A stretch of 64,000 nt of DNA from Marsupella aquatica (GCA_973895155.1 OZ316892.1:3041223-3105222), one strand, 5' to 3'; positions 10,123 through 21,719 are shown, counted from the first letter of the stretch. Notes: generated by a model not told the origin, from the letters alone. Made by a program: numbers and translations.

Positions 10123-12613
10123 ATGGCAGAGGAGGCGTTCAGCAGCAAATCGTCGCTTAAGTCAGCGGCACTGCTCGATCTTATGAGGGAGCACTTGAAG
10201 ACGGATGAAGGGAAGAAGCTCCAAAGTGAAATTGGGCTGGTCTATCAAATTGTCCTCTCTCCCAAGGTGGGTCCCTTCCCCCACCATGGACAAGACCTTC
10301 GTCTCCTGATGTTCCTTCAGTTTTTGTCGATTGAGTCAAGCATGTTCTTCATTTGTGGGAGACTCAGCTTCCCCAGCTTTCCAATACCCCAAGGCTATTT
10401 GATCGATCGTGAAAGTTGGAATTAAGAATCCAGCACTACAACTCGTAGCAGAAATTGAGTTTAAGAAAATCCTGTCACAATATACAAGGTACATGCAATA
10501 AGTAGTTGTGGCAAGGGCTAAGTTCGGGATAGTAAAATTTGGGTCATTCAGGTTTTCAACGCCAAATGAGAAAGATCGGGGCTCCATATATCACATGTTC
10601 TGTTCCTCTGCTTGTTGTCATTTTTCCAGAGGTAGGACTATGGCCAGTATACGAAAGTTATTCATATCTGCTCTTTTCTGCGATGTAGGGTTTAATTGCT
10701 GCGCTGCATTGTTGTACCATTTTAGCCTACTTCCTGCGTCTAGTTTGGATCCACAGTTCGACAGACCACAATTCTTGCAATTTTAAAACAAAAGACCTTG
10801 CGGATGCCCAGCTGTGACCAATGCAAAGGAGATTGAATATACTGTGCAATTTGGTCGTTAACAATCCGGCTTGAACATTTTGTGAACCAGAAAATTGGCT
10901 TCGAGACAGAAAGTTTTGTTGTTGACCTGAAGAATTTGAAGGTGTATAAAGGCAAGTTTTACCTTTCAAAACAACTCTGTTATTCTAATTTCCTGTCTAT
11001 CTTTGTGTGAATCTTTCAAGTTTCAAATCCTTTCTTGAATTTCTAATGAAACTGTGAAAGGGATTTCCGACATCTACTGAAGATAATTTTAATTGAGCAA
11101 TGGACACAAGCACACTGCGTGGAAAGAGCCAGAAATGTAACTAAAAATGATAAGAGCAAGGTTAACCTATATCAAACCGTAATTAATTGCGGTGTAGAAG
11201 TTCTGAGATAGCTGAAGGATCGAACTTACTTTCTGTGTTAAAATGGGATGACAAAACTAATAGTGGATTAGAAAATTCTGAATCATTCGCGGCTAGAATG
11301 TTTGTACGAACTCCTTCCCTTCGGGGCTGAGGGAGCTCTATTCAGTCATCACTTTGCTGCAATTGATCTCGTATTGGAGAATATTGACACAAGACAGGCA
11401 CTCAAGCACCATGAAAGAACTATTCTGATGACTCTTGGGAGTTGAAATCTCTCTGGACACTCATCTCAAACATCTTTACATGTGTTGACAGAAACTGTGA
11501 GGTCATTGCCAGAACCTGACATTTGATTTGAGCTTAATAAATTCAGCTATGGCGACAGACAAAGACTAGTTAGTGTACAGTGTCATCCGTGCACCGTAGA
11601 GACAAAAAATTAAGGCAAGGGATGGGATGTTAGAAAGTATGAATGAACAAGTGAATACATTTCATTCCCTATCCCCTGACACGGAAATTACATTGGTAGG
11701 AAGTCGATGAAGTGACTTTCTGCCGGACACTCTATCCTTCTCAAACTCATTGAATAGAACAAGATCTTTTCGATTCCTTACGTTTACACCTGCTTATGCG
11801 TATCCAGGAGATCCCGAAGGAAAGCCAGATGCCACGTTCTCATTTGTTGATGGTGACTTCTTGTCAGTTGCCACTGGGAAACTCAATCCACAAATGGCAT
11901 TTATCAGGTACAATGAACTTCGGATCAATCCATGTTATGTTGTCTGAATCTGCATTCATAACTCTATCCAATTCACCAATAATTTCATTTTGGTATCTTC
12001 ATTGCTGGTATTATATTGGTTTGCCAAATCCTCAGCTTGATTTGGGGAAGGCTACAACTGTTCCAAATGTTTTTCAATCTGTTCCCCAGATTACTTTTGA
12101 GGTCTATACTAACTTGGGTGAGTTCCAACATAGTCTGAGCCGGACTTGTTCGAAGGCCCAAATGAGTTTGCTTATTCTCATTGGTGTGGCCGCACGAAAC
12201 GCAATGAACAATGTTCTGAGTTTCATATTCTAGTGTAGACGAAACGCAATGAACAATGTTCTGAGTTTCATATTCTAGTGTAGACGAAACGCAATGAACA
12301 ATGTTCCGAGTTTCATATGTTAGTGTTCTGCAAGTCCTACTTCCATTGTGTTTTGTTGTTTCCCCGCATTATAATAATTCTGTTCCCTAGTTGTACAGAG
12401 TTTTTGGTTATTTGCTTTCATTGAGTATGAATTCTTTATGTAGGTCCCATGATTTACAAGCTTGATGCACTTATAAAAGGACAGGATTGTATGTTTAACA
12501 AGTATGCTAACGTGGGTTTACGTGTGTGCAGGGGAAAGATGAGGATCAAAGGAAGCATGGCTGCAGCCCAGAAGTTTACACCGGATATATTCCCCAAGCC
12601 TTCAAAGCTTTAG
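10123..12613 (+). CDS. SCP2: Sterol carrier protein 2 (peroxisomal non-specific lipid transfer protein), 128 aa
   Basis: Exons 10123-10266, 10891-10951, 11808-11907 and 12532-12613 splice in frame (387 nt). The product reads ...GLVYQIVLSPK/KIGFETESFVVDLKNLKVYK/GDPEGKPDATFSF...NPQMAFIR/GKMRIKGSMAAAQKFTPDIFPKPSKL and ends in the PTS1 signal SKL. Intron 2 is GC-AG. Confidence 0.96.
12194..12326 (+). repeat. 45-bp minisatellite x3 in SCP2 intron 3
   Basis: ACGAAACGCAATGAACAATGTTCTGAGTTTCATATTCTAGTGTAG at 12194, 12239 and 12284. The first two copies are identical. Confidence 0.95.
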
Positions 12614-12855
12614 GCTGTTTAGCTCGGTCTTGGGCAAACAATAGGGCCTTTTCGTACTCGGTGCGTCAAGCATAAGCTAGCTTTCGTTTAGAGGGTATTT
12701 AAAGTTTATAGTGGAATAGTGATGGTGACAGGTTTCTGAACACATGAACGGGTATCTCACATGAACAAATGTAAGGTATTTCACTATAACAGTTCACAGT
12801 ATCTTGTTCATGGTGCTGGTAACAATTTTCACTTGGATCTCTACACGGATATATA

Positions 12856-12941
12856 GGTGGCAGAAAGTTCCTGAAACGCTTGTTTCTATTGGAACGAAAC
12901 TTGAAATCCCCGATTCCGCAGAGTATTATTAAAACCATCGA
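12856..12941 (+). repeat. About 85-bp direct repeat, copy A (copies B and C at 15397-15493 and 15581-15668)
   Basis: AAAGTTCCTGAAACGCTTGTTT.TATT.GAACGAAACTTGAAATCC...AAAAC.ATCGA is shared by all three copies. Confidence 0.9.
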
Positions 12942-13852
12942 TAGAAGTTGATGGGCAACAATATAATGCTCGGTGGGCTGGCTCGATCGACGAGAGAGAA
13001 GTGGGAGAGTAAGAGAGACTGAAGAATAAGGCCCTAGTTATGTACTCTGATGAGGCCGATCCAGAGGAGAACTGATCAGAAGTGATTGATGAATGACCGA
13101 TAGAAAAAGCAAGTGTATCTCCGGCCTAACCTGGACCAGGTACGTAGTTGAAGCAAATACTCACCAATTACAGGAAGGAAATTGACTAGCAACGGCACCA
13201 GCTAATTACGCCAGCATTTGAGTACTGAATTTCTACAAATACTGCAAGGTAGCCTGAGGCTGTAGTGCAGAGGAACTGGATCCGTCTCTCGCTATCTGAG
13301 AACATACAAGGATGTGGTAGCAGACAAGATCAGCCATCGATCCATGTGGCCCAGGCATGTGGCTCCATCAGTTTGACTACCTATTGCTAGAGAAAAATAG
13401 GATAGGTGAGGTGTAGGCGCAGGCCACGGCTGGATTCCTGACAGATGCAATCCCTACCATCCAAAATTGAGTCGCGTGTCTGAATGGTTTCGCTTTTGCC
13501 TTACAGCTGTCCAGATCACTACAATAGACCTATATAAAACTCCCAACTGATCGACCTGTGGCTAGACTGAGCAAGGTACGTAGGCTTGGTGATCTAGGTG
13601 TAGGCCCCGTAGCTACCAAGAGAGTTAGGTTTCCCGACTGAGCAGTTACCATCTAGCGACAGCCTATGGACATTTCTGTAAACTATGGTTTCAGTATAAA
13701 AGGCCATTGTGGTCTGACCTTCCAGTTCATTATTTTTCTGCTCACTATTCGATCGATCCTCGTTTTCTCTCTGCTCTCCTATTGCTTTTGGCTTGTTAGA
13801 GCTGAATAGTCAGCCTCTGTAATTTCTTCCGCACAGAAAGTCAGAAGTTGCA

Positions 13853-14871
13853 ATGGCCAAAATCGCACCTATTTGCTGCATCCTGGTGCTGGCACTAATG
13901 TTTGCTGGGTTAGGGCCTGTATCGTCACTTGGAACACTGACTTTCTACAATTTGGCCAGCGAGAATGTGACATTTACTAACGACATGGAGTTTAAGGACG
14001 GCAGTGAGTTAACGACCGTAGTTGTGCTAGCAACGGGCGAGCTTACCGCCTTCGAAATAATTTCTCAAGACACGGAATGTGTTGAAACTAAGTGAGTCTT
14101 CTGAACTTTACACAATCTAGTCTGCAGGTTGAATGTCCTCGATCTATGTATATTGGCAACTCATTGTATTATCCGTCTGAGCCTTCTGTTTTTCACAAAG
14201 TTACTAAGCCAGCTAGGGTTTCTACTGCCTAGTTTAATTGCGTTCTATCATGCATACTTGGTCGTAATTGGAACTGATTGCTCAAGCTAATAGATTCACG
14301 TGAGAGCTAAACAATGCTAATCATCATCCAGGACATTACAATGGTAACGTAGTTTGGGAGTCTGAAAGTGTGCTTTGGATGTACGTTGTTCAAGAATGAT
14401 TGTTTCAAGGATCTTGCAAAGGAGCCTAGATCAAGTGGAGGTTAGGTAGATAAAGATATAAAAAAATTGCTTGTCATTAATTGCTGTCGAGGGATCAAAG
14501 AGATTTATCGGGAGATTTCTATCCTCGTGATGGTCCCAATCAATCATACTGTGATTTTCTTTTAATAAAGCATAACATATTAGTGGCTGATATACATGCA
14601 TGACTTTTCCTCATTTGTTACAAAGACTGATCTAACTCTGACTCCTGGATGCTGCAGGCTTACAAAAGATACTCCTGCAGGGCAGTTTTGGCAAGGCGTG
14701 TACAGTTGGTGCCCAAATTCGGGTCTCTTGTGTATGCCTGATTGTGTCTGGATAACGGAAGACAACCAGATCTCATGGGCAAATACTACAACTTCTACTC
14801 GAACAGTCTTTGAAGGCGGCTGGCTTCCCACCCCTCCCACCCCTCCCCCCCCCGCCTCTCCTAGTTCATAA
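13853..14871 (+). CDS. Small secreted beta-rich protein with Pro-rich tail, possibly S-protein-homolog (SPH)-like, about 150 aa
   Basis: Exon 13853-14091 (signal peptide MAKIAPICCILVLALMFAGLGPVSS; donor GTGAGT) splices in phase to exon 14658-14871 (acceptor TGCAG), giving ...WCPNSGLLCMPDCVWITEDNQISW...GGWLPTPPTPPPP. TATATAAA at 13531 and a possible 5' UTR intron at 13576-13836. Confidence 0.75.
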
Positions 14872-15396
14872 CTATCACACCAGAACATCGGCGATTGGTG
14901 CCAAGGGGGGAGTCGTCCCTGGCCTGTATGCCTGACTGTTTTTGGGTAGCTAATAGAAGACAGCGGCTTTTGAGTGGCAAATTCTGCACATTCCCCTTTA
15001 CAGCACTTTGTAAATGTTGGAGTGGTCCATTTGCTCCATCTCAAAAATGCCGACATGCTCTTAGTGGCCATCTGAAGACTGGTTTGAATGACTGATTTAG
15101 CCGAATAAGTGTCTGACATGATGATCATGCCTAGACAGAATCAATTGATGTTCAATAAATATATAAACGATCTATTTCATCGAACCAAGCTGAAAATGGT
15201 CCGTGCCAATTACAGGGTTCTGCATGTCTTGCATTGAATGTATTTTTGCATAACGACTCGGTTGGAGTGGTGAGTTAGAGAGTTTGGCTAGACGTTTAAC
15301 CAAGTCTTCCAACCAAGGTTTCCTTGACCGCCCTAGGGTTCCGACAAAGTTTCCACCAACTTGTGTGTTGTGTAACATAGAGTAAACGGTTGTATT

Positions 15397-15668
15397 GGTG
15401 GCAGAAAGTTCCTGAAACGCTTGTTTGTATTCGAACGAAACTTGAAATCCCCGTTTACACTGAATATTATCAAAACTATCGAAATCCATGTTTAACCACT
15501 CTCTCTAAAAGAATAGGAATCGAATGTTTAGCCAGTCTCTCTAAAAGAATAGGAAGCTCAAAAACCCAGGCTCAAAAAACAAAGTTCCTGAAACGCTTGT
15601 TTGTATTCGAACGAAACTTGAAATCCTTTTACACTGAATATTATCAAAACCATCGAAATCCATGTTTA
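15397..15668 (+). repeat. Direct repeat copies B and C
   Basis: Two near-identical units of about 90 bp (15397-15493, 15581-15668), also matching 12856-12941. Confidence 0.9.
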
Positions 15669-16695
15669 CGTGAATGTTCAACACCAACCCCCTTCAGAAT
15701 TACAATAGTCTATGAATGGGTCTAGTGTTTTCCTGCCAAGATCTGCCATTTCGTTCTAACTGCAGTCCTCTGACATGCCAATTTGATGCCGGCCCCACAA
15801 GTCTATCGAGTACAGGAAGGTAGACGCTTCCCATGGGGAACATCAAATTGGGACTGCCTATAGGAATATAAAAACATTACTGATGATCCCCCTCCACTAC
15901 CGACAGTCATCATCCCTATTTTCAACAATCTGCTCCGTCGTTTCTTTATGCAAATGTTTTGACCCTGGATTGATGCGAGATTATCGTCGAAACAGATCCC
16001 TGTTTTCTCCTCGCGTTTCATTCTGCTCCAAAGAGACCACATGCTATGATCGCCTACACACAAACGTCACAGCTCGTCCTTGGACAATACATCATTGGTT
16101 GTCAAGTACGTTGACACGAACGAAATTGAAGAACTACTGTAGATGCACTGTGGAACTTTCATCACATTTTCGTGAAAGTCGGGGTCACCCCATGTCTACA
16201 ATTCTTGGAAGGGCCCGACCAGCTCCTTTTCTTGAAGAATGAGGAATAATTCTTTCATGAAGACTTCGCAATTCGAGGAAAATTATGCGAGGAGAACCCT
16301 TCTGGAAAATTTTCTTCTCTTGTACCATATCAGAAAGTAGGTGAACACTTTTGAGAAAACGCGAGCTCGGTGGGAAAAATAACGTTGTAGTTTGAGAGTC
16401 TGTAAGTCGCTCGTCTTTCGTGTAATTGAGTGGGGATTTTTCAAGGCAGAAAAGAGTCTGCAAGTTGGTTGAGTAAAAGTCTCAGTCTCAAATCTCAGCG
16501 CAACAATCTCAAGCTTTGAAGCTCATTAACATGGTGGAGTGGCGGACCACAGTGACTATTAATCCTTCTGCAGTCCCCGTTCCTTAGCACATGGAGCAGC
16601 AACAGCAATGGGCGACGACTCTGTGTACCAAGAATGCTCACATAAGAGCAGCAGCAGCAGCTGCAACGTGACGATTCTGGGTACCAAGAATATGC

Positions 16696-18687
16696 TCACT
16701 TAATGTGCAACTTCTCCGCCGCCCATTGCATGTAGCTCTGTTGGTTCTTCTGCTCAACCTTCTTCTCCAGTTTCTCCGCATCCTCCCCGTCCTCGTCCTG
16801 TCCCTCGTCTACTGCAACCCCATCGTCATTCAACAACGCCAGTGTCTCCTCCTCTCTCTCCACCTCCAGCAAATTCAAATCCCCCCACCCCACTTTCCGC
16901 AACACAACCCCAACCATGTGCTTATACCTCAAATGCCCGCTCACAGTGGGGCTCACATCGACATTCTCCACGCCTACATTGTCCACGGCCTGCAGCCCCG
17001 CCACCCCGAATTGAATGCTGCTGGTGCGATAGAGGAACGCGAGGACGTAGTCGTTCTCAGAATACACGTTCACCAGCCTCCCCGCCACGACGGATCGAAG
17101 CGCACACCATGCGTCTGCGTCGCTGGGGCAGGGAGCCCCGACGAGCACCGCCGACTCGATGAGCCCGAACGCCTTCCTATCGGCCAGGGACATCAAACAT
17201 GAGAAGATCACACGGGCGCCCAAAGAATAGCCGACGAGCGTCACCGGTCGTTCTCCTTGAGCTTTGTTGATCAGCGCGTCGGCGAGCACGATGCCCGCCT
17301 TGTCGGCTCGAGTTTTCGCGACGGAGAAGGGGTTGTCCAGGACCTTCTTCACGTTGAGGATGTTCAGGGGCCATAGCGCTGAGTAGAGGGTCGCGAAGAC
17401 GGTGCGTTTGATGATCTGCTTCTTTGCGACGCCCCAGGCGGCGGAGGAAATCACAGTCGTCATGGAATTGCCGAGGTTGAGAAGAGATTTCATTTCGTAG
17501 CGGAGGGCGAAGACCTCGGAAGTGGTCGAGAGAACGCGCCAAGGATTGACGATGTCCTCCTTGACCGTGATCCAGCCTGATATCCCGATTGTGACTCGGA
17601 GGCGTCCGTCCTCGATTTGGGTGTTAGATTTTTTCCTCGAGCTGCCGTTGATGGGGAGGAATGCGAAATCCTCCACCTCCCTCGCGTAATCGTCCATCAT
17701 CTGCCCCGTCATGCGGCCTCCGTAGGCACCGAACAGAGAGCCCACTATGATCCCGCTCTGTGCAACGCTGCCGAGAAGGCCGGCAGCAGCGGTGGTGCCG
17801 AGTCCCAATCCGCCCATCACACTTCCTATCCCGGCAGAGAGCAAGGGAGCAGCGAGGCCGCCAGTGACACCCAGAACCGCTGCGCCTACAGCCGTGGCGA
17901 GTCCCACTTTCCATCGCCGTGCTGTCTGATTTTCTTCACTCCGTTTCTGCGTCTCCTCGTCTCCGGACATGCGCTTTGCAGCTGACAGGAGGCTTTGCGC
18001 GACTTTGATCTCCGCCTCGACGAGCACGTCCACGCTCAGCTCCAGGCTCGACGTGAGGTAGAGCAGCAGGACTCGGGAGTGCGCAAGGTAATGTTCCAAC
18101 GACAACGAGAGGAGCAGAATCGCATTCAACAGCAATACCTTTTTCTCCTTCTCCAACCCCGTCAACTCAGTTGGTACCGCGGGGTACAGGGCATGCAACG
18201 CCCTGTCCACCTGCTCGTCCTTCGCCTGCTCGCCGATCACGGTCGTCTCCAGCACCGGAGGCTGGACTCCCTCTGCCTCATCTCCCTGCTTCTCTGCTGT
18301 CTCCGCAGAATCAACAATCACCTCCCCAATTCGCTTCAGAACGCTCTCCTCCCAGCTGTGGAAAAAATCCAATGCTGCGGCGCGCAGTTCCTGGAGTTTG
18401 GGCGTTGAGAGGATTTTCTCCCTCCTCTCTCTCTCCTTCCGGGCCTTCTCTTGGTCATCGGGGGAGAGCGCTGCCGCGTCGACGTTCGGGTTTTGCGAAC
18501 TAGATTGGCCGTTCGGTAATCTAGAAATGGGAGATGAATTCAAGGATGTCTGCGATGCGTCGAAATTATCCACCAGCGCCTTTCGCATGGATGCGATGAT
18601 ATTCGCGATGAGAAGGGTGAGTTGCTCACGCTGTGAGAAACTCAGGATCGTGCTGAGATTCGCGTCCTGTTCCTGCTGCTTCGGCAT
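16696..18687 (-). CDS. DUF726/TMCO4 (yeast Mil1-like) membrane alpha/beta-hydrolase, fungal-type, intronless, 663 aa
   Basis: Uninterrupted ORF from the first ATG at 18687. It has RRWKVGLA...GVTGGLAAP, LFGAYGG.MTG, EVEDFAFLP, IGISGW, GERPVTLVGYSLGARVI (nucleophile GxSxG), VAGRLVNVYSENDYVL and SGHLRY. Confidence 0.93.
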   Translation of the reverse strand: MPKQQEQDANLSTILSFSQREQLTLLIANIIASMRKALVDNFDASQTSLNSSPISRLPNGQSSSQNPNVDAAALSPDDQEKARKERERREKILSTPKLQELRAAALDFFHSWEESVLKRIGEVIVDSAETAEKQGDEAEGVQPPVLETTVIGEQAKDEQVDRALHALYPAVPTELTGLEKEKKVLLLNAILLLSLSLEHYLAHSRVLLLYLTSSLELSVDVLVEAEIKVAQSLLSAAKRMSGDEETQKRSEENQTARRWKVGLATAVGAAVLGVTGGLAAPLLSAGIGSVMGGLGLGTTAAAGLLGSVAQSGIIVGSLFGAYGGRMTGQMMDDYAREVEDFAFLPINGSSRKKSNTQIEDGRLRVTIGISGWITVKEDIVNPWRVLSTTSEVFALRYEMKSLLNLGNSMTTVISSAAWGVAKKQIIKRTVFATLYSALWPLNILNVKKVLDNPFSVAKTRADKAGIVLADALINKAQGERPVTLVGYSLGARVIFSCLMSLADRKAFGLIESAVLVGAPCPSDADAWCALRSVVAGRLVNVYSENDYVLAFLYRTSSIQFGVAGLQAVDNVGVENVDVSPTVSGHLRYKHMVGVVLRKVGWGDLNLLEVEREEETLALLNDDGVAVDEGQDEDGEDAEKLEKKVEQKNQQSYMQWAAEKLHIK

Positions 18688-19209
18688 TTTTGAATGTGAC
18701 AATTTTTCTGACAATTTCCGTGTCGGCGCCTTGGCGACCAATGCAAAGGACCAGCTGCGGATAGTTCACAATTGAGCAAAACTCACTTCTACCCAAGATG
18801 TTTGCTACGCAGCTCAAATCCTTTAAACTGGAACACGGCCTCGTTTCAAACTCGAACTCACTTAGCTTTAACGTCGTTGAGCTCGTGACAATCCAGAGGC
18901 GCCCAGGTAGAAGCGAAGCGTGAATCTCCAAGCAATCTAACTCAGGACTAGGTGATGCCTCAGCCTACTAAAATGTGGTAATTGAATTTACACGGCAGAA
19001 TTGTAAGACGCGAAAAATGGGATTGTCCAAAGTAAACCTTTCAGGATGAGGTCCGAATTTGTGGGCATGGTACTGAGTTCTTTTTGTCGAGGATACACTA
19101 CTGTGAGCGGCTACTCTCTCGAGTTGACATGGGAGGTTGCCAACATTCTTTCCCGAGAAGTACAATTTCTCTTGCCCTCTCGCATCCCCACTCTCACCGC
19201 TGCTCGTCA

Positions 19210-19476
19210 CACCATAGATCTAAAGTATGTCGAAACCAAAACCGTCAGCCAAGAATTCCTCCGATTTCAGGACACCATAGATCGATGTCGAAACCAAAAC
19301 CGTCAGCCAAGAATTCCTCCGATTTCAGGACACCATAGATCGATGTCGAAACCACAACCGTCAGCCAAGAATTCCTTCGATTTCAGGACACCACCATAGA
19401 CATATGTTGGAACCAAAACCGTCAGCCAAGAGTTCCTCCGATTTCAGGACTCCATAGATCCTCCGATTTCAGGACA
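19210..19476 (+). repeat. About 58-bp minisatellite, roughly 4.5 copies
   Basis: The unit CACCATAGATCGATGTCGAAACCAAAACCGTCAGCCAAGAATTCCTCCGATTTCAGGA repeats head to tail with small indels. Confidence 0.95.
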
Positions 19477-21719
19477 GTGAAACAAATCCTTAGAAGTTGC
19501 TGATTCTTCTTACAATGCAGAGGCGAAATGGGGAGAATTGGTTTCTTTCCCAGATCAATTTCTTCAGTTTCTACAAGGATGGCAGGTGTCGTCCTAGGTA
19601 CCTTTCCAACTCGACCTCCAATCTCTGTGGGCATAACGTGTCTGCTATGACTTCAGGAATGATTGTGTCTTTTTCCTCTCTTCTCGCTGGATCGATCCAA
19701 CATGACTTGTTTCCTTCATCGATTGACATCTGTCCTTTCATGGAAAAAGGTACTACTGTGTATTTTTTTATCTTTTATTTTTCCCTCCTTCTAGATTTTG
19801 AGTTTGCGTCTTTTCTATTTTAGTATTTCGTCTTCTATTTTTCCTCTGGATCGATCACGCATGACATGTTTCGTTCCAGTAGTTGACACGTGTCCCTTCA
19901 TAAAACGAGGTACTAAATAAGCTCAATCTTTCTCCCTTGTTTTTTGTTTTTTTCTTTCTTCCTAGGTATTTTGAGTCTTTTCCATCTGCCCTTTTCTTTT
20001 TGAGGTTGATGTTTGTCCTCTCTTATGGGGTCTTACGGGGATGTTGTGTCAATAAACTCCATGACATAACATGGGTAGGAATGTGATATATAATTCATGC
20101 CATCCATACCATATATTGGAGGACCAGCGCAAATTAGTCGCCTTCAAACCCCTCTTTCAATTCATGTGTAGTCTCTATTTATGGTGATGCATGCATATCT
20201 GCGAGTCTATTCCATGACCTCAAAGCTTTGCAGGCCGGAGTGACTCTCAATCCAAGCTTCATTCGAATATATAAATATGCTGATTGTGACTATGAATTTG
20301 TGGCCAAGTTATTTACTTAATTTCTACTCATTCTGGTAATTTGTGCCCCTTTATAAAACATCTTAACAGCAGTCACTTGTTCAGGAGGCCCACTACCCCC
20401 TTTGTTGTTCCTTTAATTATCTTTCATTCTGGCAAAGCTAGAACAGTTTCCAACACCAACAAGAGTGTTGACTACTTTGTAAATTATTATAAAAATTAGT
20501 TTGCATTGCATTAAAAATACCCTTGCTTTGTTTGCATGTACTCCCTGTATTAGTTTTGCTGAGGGCCTGGGGTTGCTATCGTCCCTGTGTTTTGTCCATT
20601 TTCATTTTTGTCCTTATTAACAATCATGAGTCCTTATTGAGAATTAAGGTCTAGAGGTTTCACTCTAGACCATGGGCCACAAAAGTAGCTTCCCTTTACG
20701 CATTACTAACCCAAATTATTAGTAAGGTATATATTAAATTTAGGGTGGGGAAGAGAGGCTGTGCCAACAACTCAAGTCTAGCCTCAAGAGTTTCACTTCC
20801 ACAAAAATGGCACATCATGTACAACAAAGGATAGGGTTATTTTATTGATTGTAAGGGAAGACTTAAGAATTTTATCAAAATAACAATAGGATCCTTTAAA
20901 TCCAATTTTGAAACTTAGAAGAACATTAGGATCTTCTTAATCCAATTTTTGGAACATTCCAACTTTAAAGAGATTGAAAAATAAAAAAAAATCTTACATT
21001 TTAGTGGGTCCGAAGCCTAAAAATGTCACAAATGATGGGGAAGCCTCCATATAGTGACCCCCAAGAGCCAAGCCCCTTGTGGTAGAGTCACCACAAGTCA
21101 AGTCCTGGTGACTTCTCTGAAGACTATCAGCAGTGAGATTGTATCTCCTGGTTTTGAGAACTAAGGCTGAGTGTGCAAAATGAAGAAATGCCCATCACAA
21201 ATGGGCTAGGTAACTGAGGAAATCTTATATAGATCAGGTTCTAGGTCAAACTCCCAGCGGGAGTCACCAATGATCAAAACTCCGACCTGACCGAGGAGCA
21301 TCCTTAGCATGTTGGGTGGAGTCAATTAGACACGTGCTGACTTGTCTTTAGAGAAGGAGTTGCATAGTAAGCAAATATTGGGTTAAGGATCTGTACAGAT
21401 TCCAATCCAACACACTATGTAATAGTTTAAGTAAGAACAGTGATGAGACAATTAACCAGGTTGATGAACTCTCCCGTGAACTCTGGCTTCTCTTTGTCTG
21501 GTTCTTCTCTAAAGCATCTCGGTAGAGACCATTTTAGCTTCTCTTTGCTATATTTTTTTTATGATGTCCTTGTTCCCTTTAGATCTTTGCCCTTTAGTGT
21601 ACATTTTCTGTTGGTTTTGATGAGAAAGAATTTCCAGGTCCAATATTTAATGCTTCTAATATTTAGCACTTTGTTTTGTCAATCAGTTGAGTTAGACTTA
21701 GAGTGGCTGAAATGAGATC

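Noticed and set aside
12194-12326. CRISPR-like appearance of the 45-bp array (and of the 58-bp array at 19210)
   Set aside because: Units are head to tail with no unique spacers, there are no cas genes, and the context is eukaryotic.
21225-21275. tRNA-like 3' half (GGTTCTAGGTCAAACTCCCAGCGGGAGTCACCA)
   Set aside because: No A-box or matching acceptor stem, and the T-loop is not canonical.
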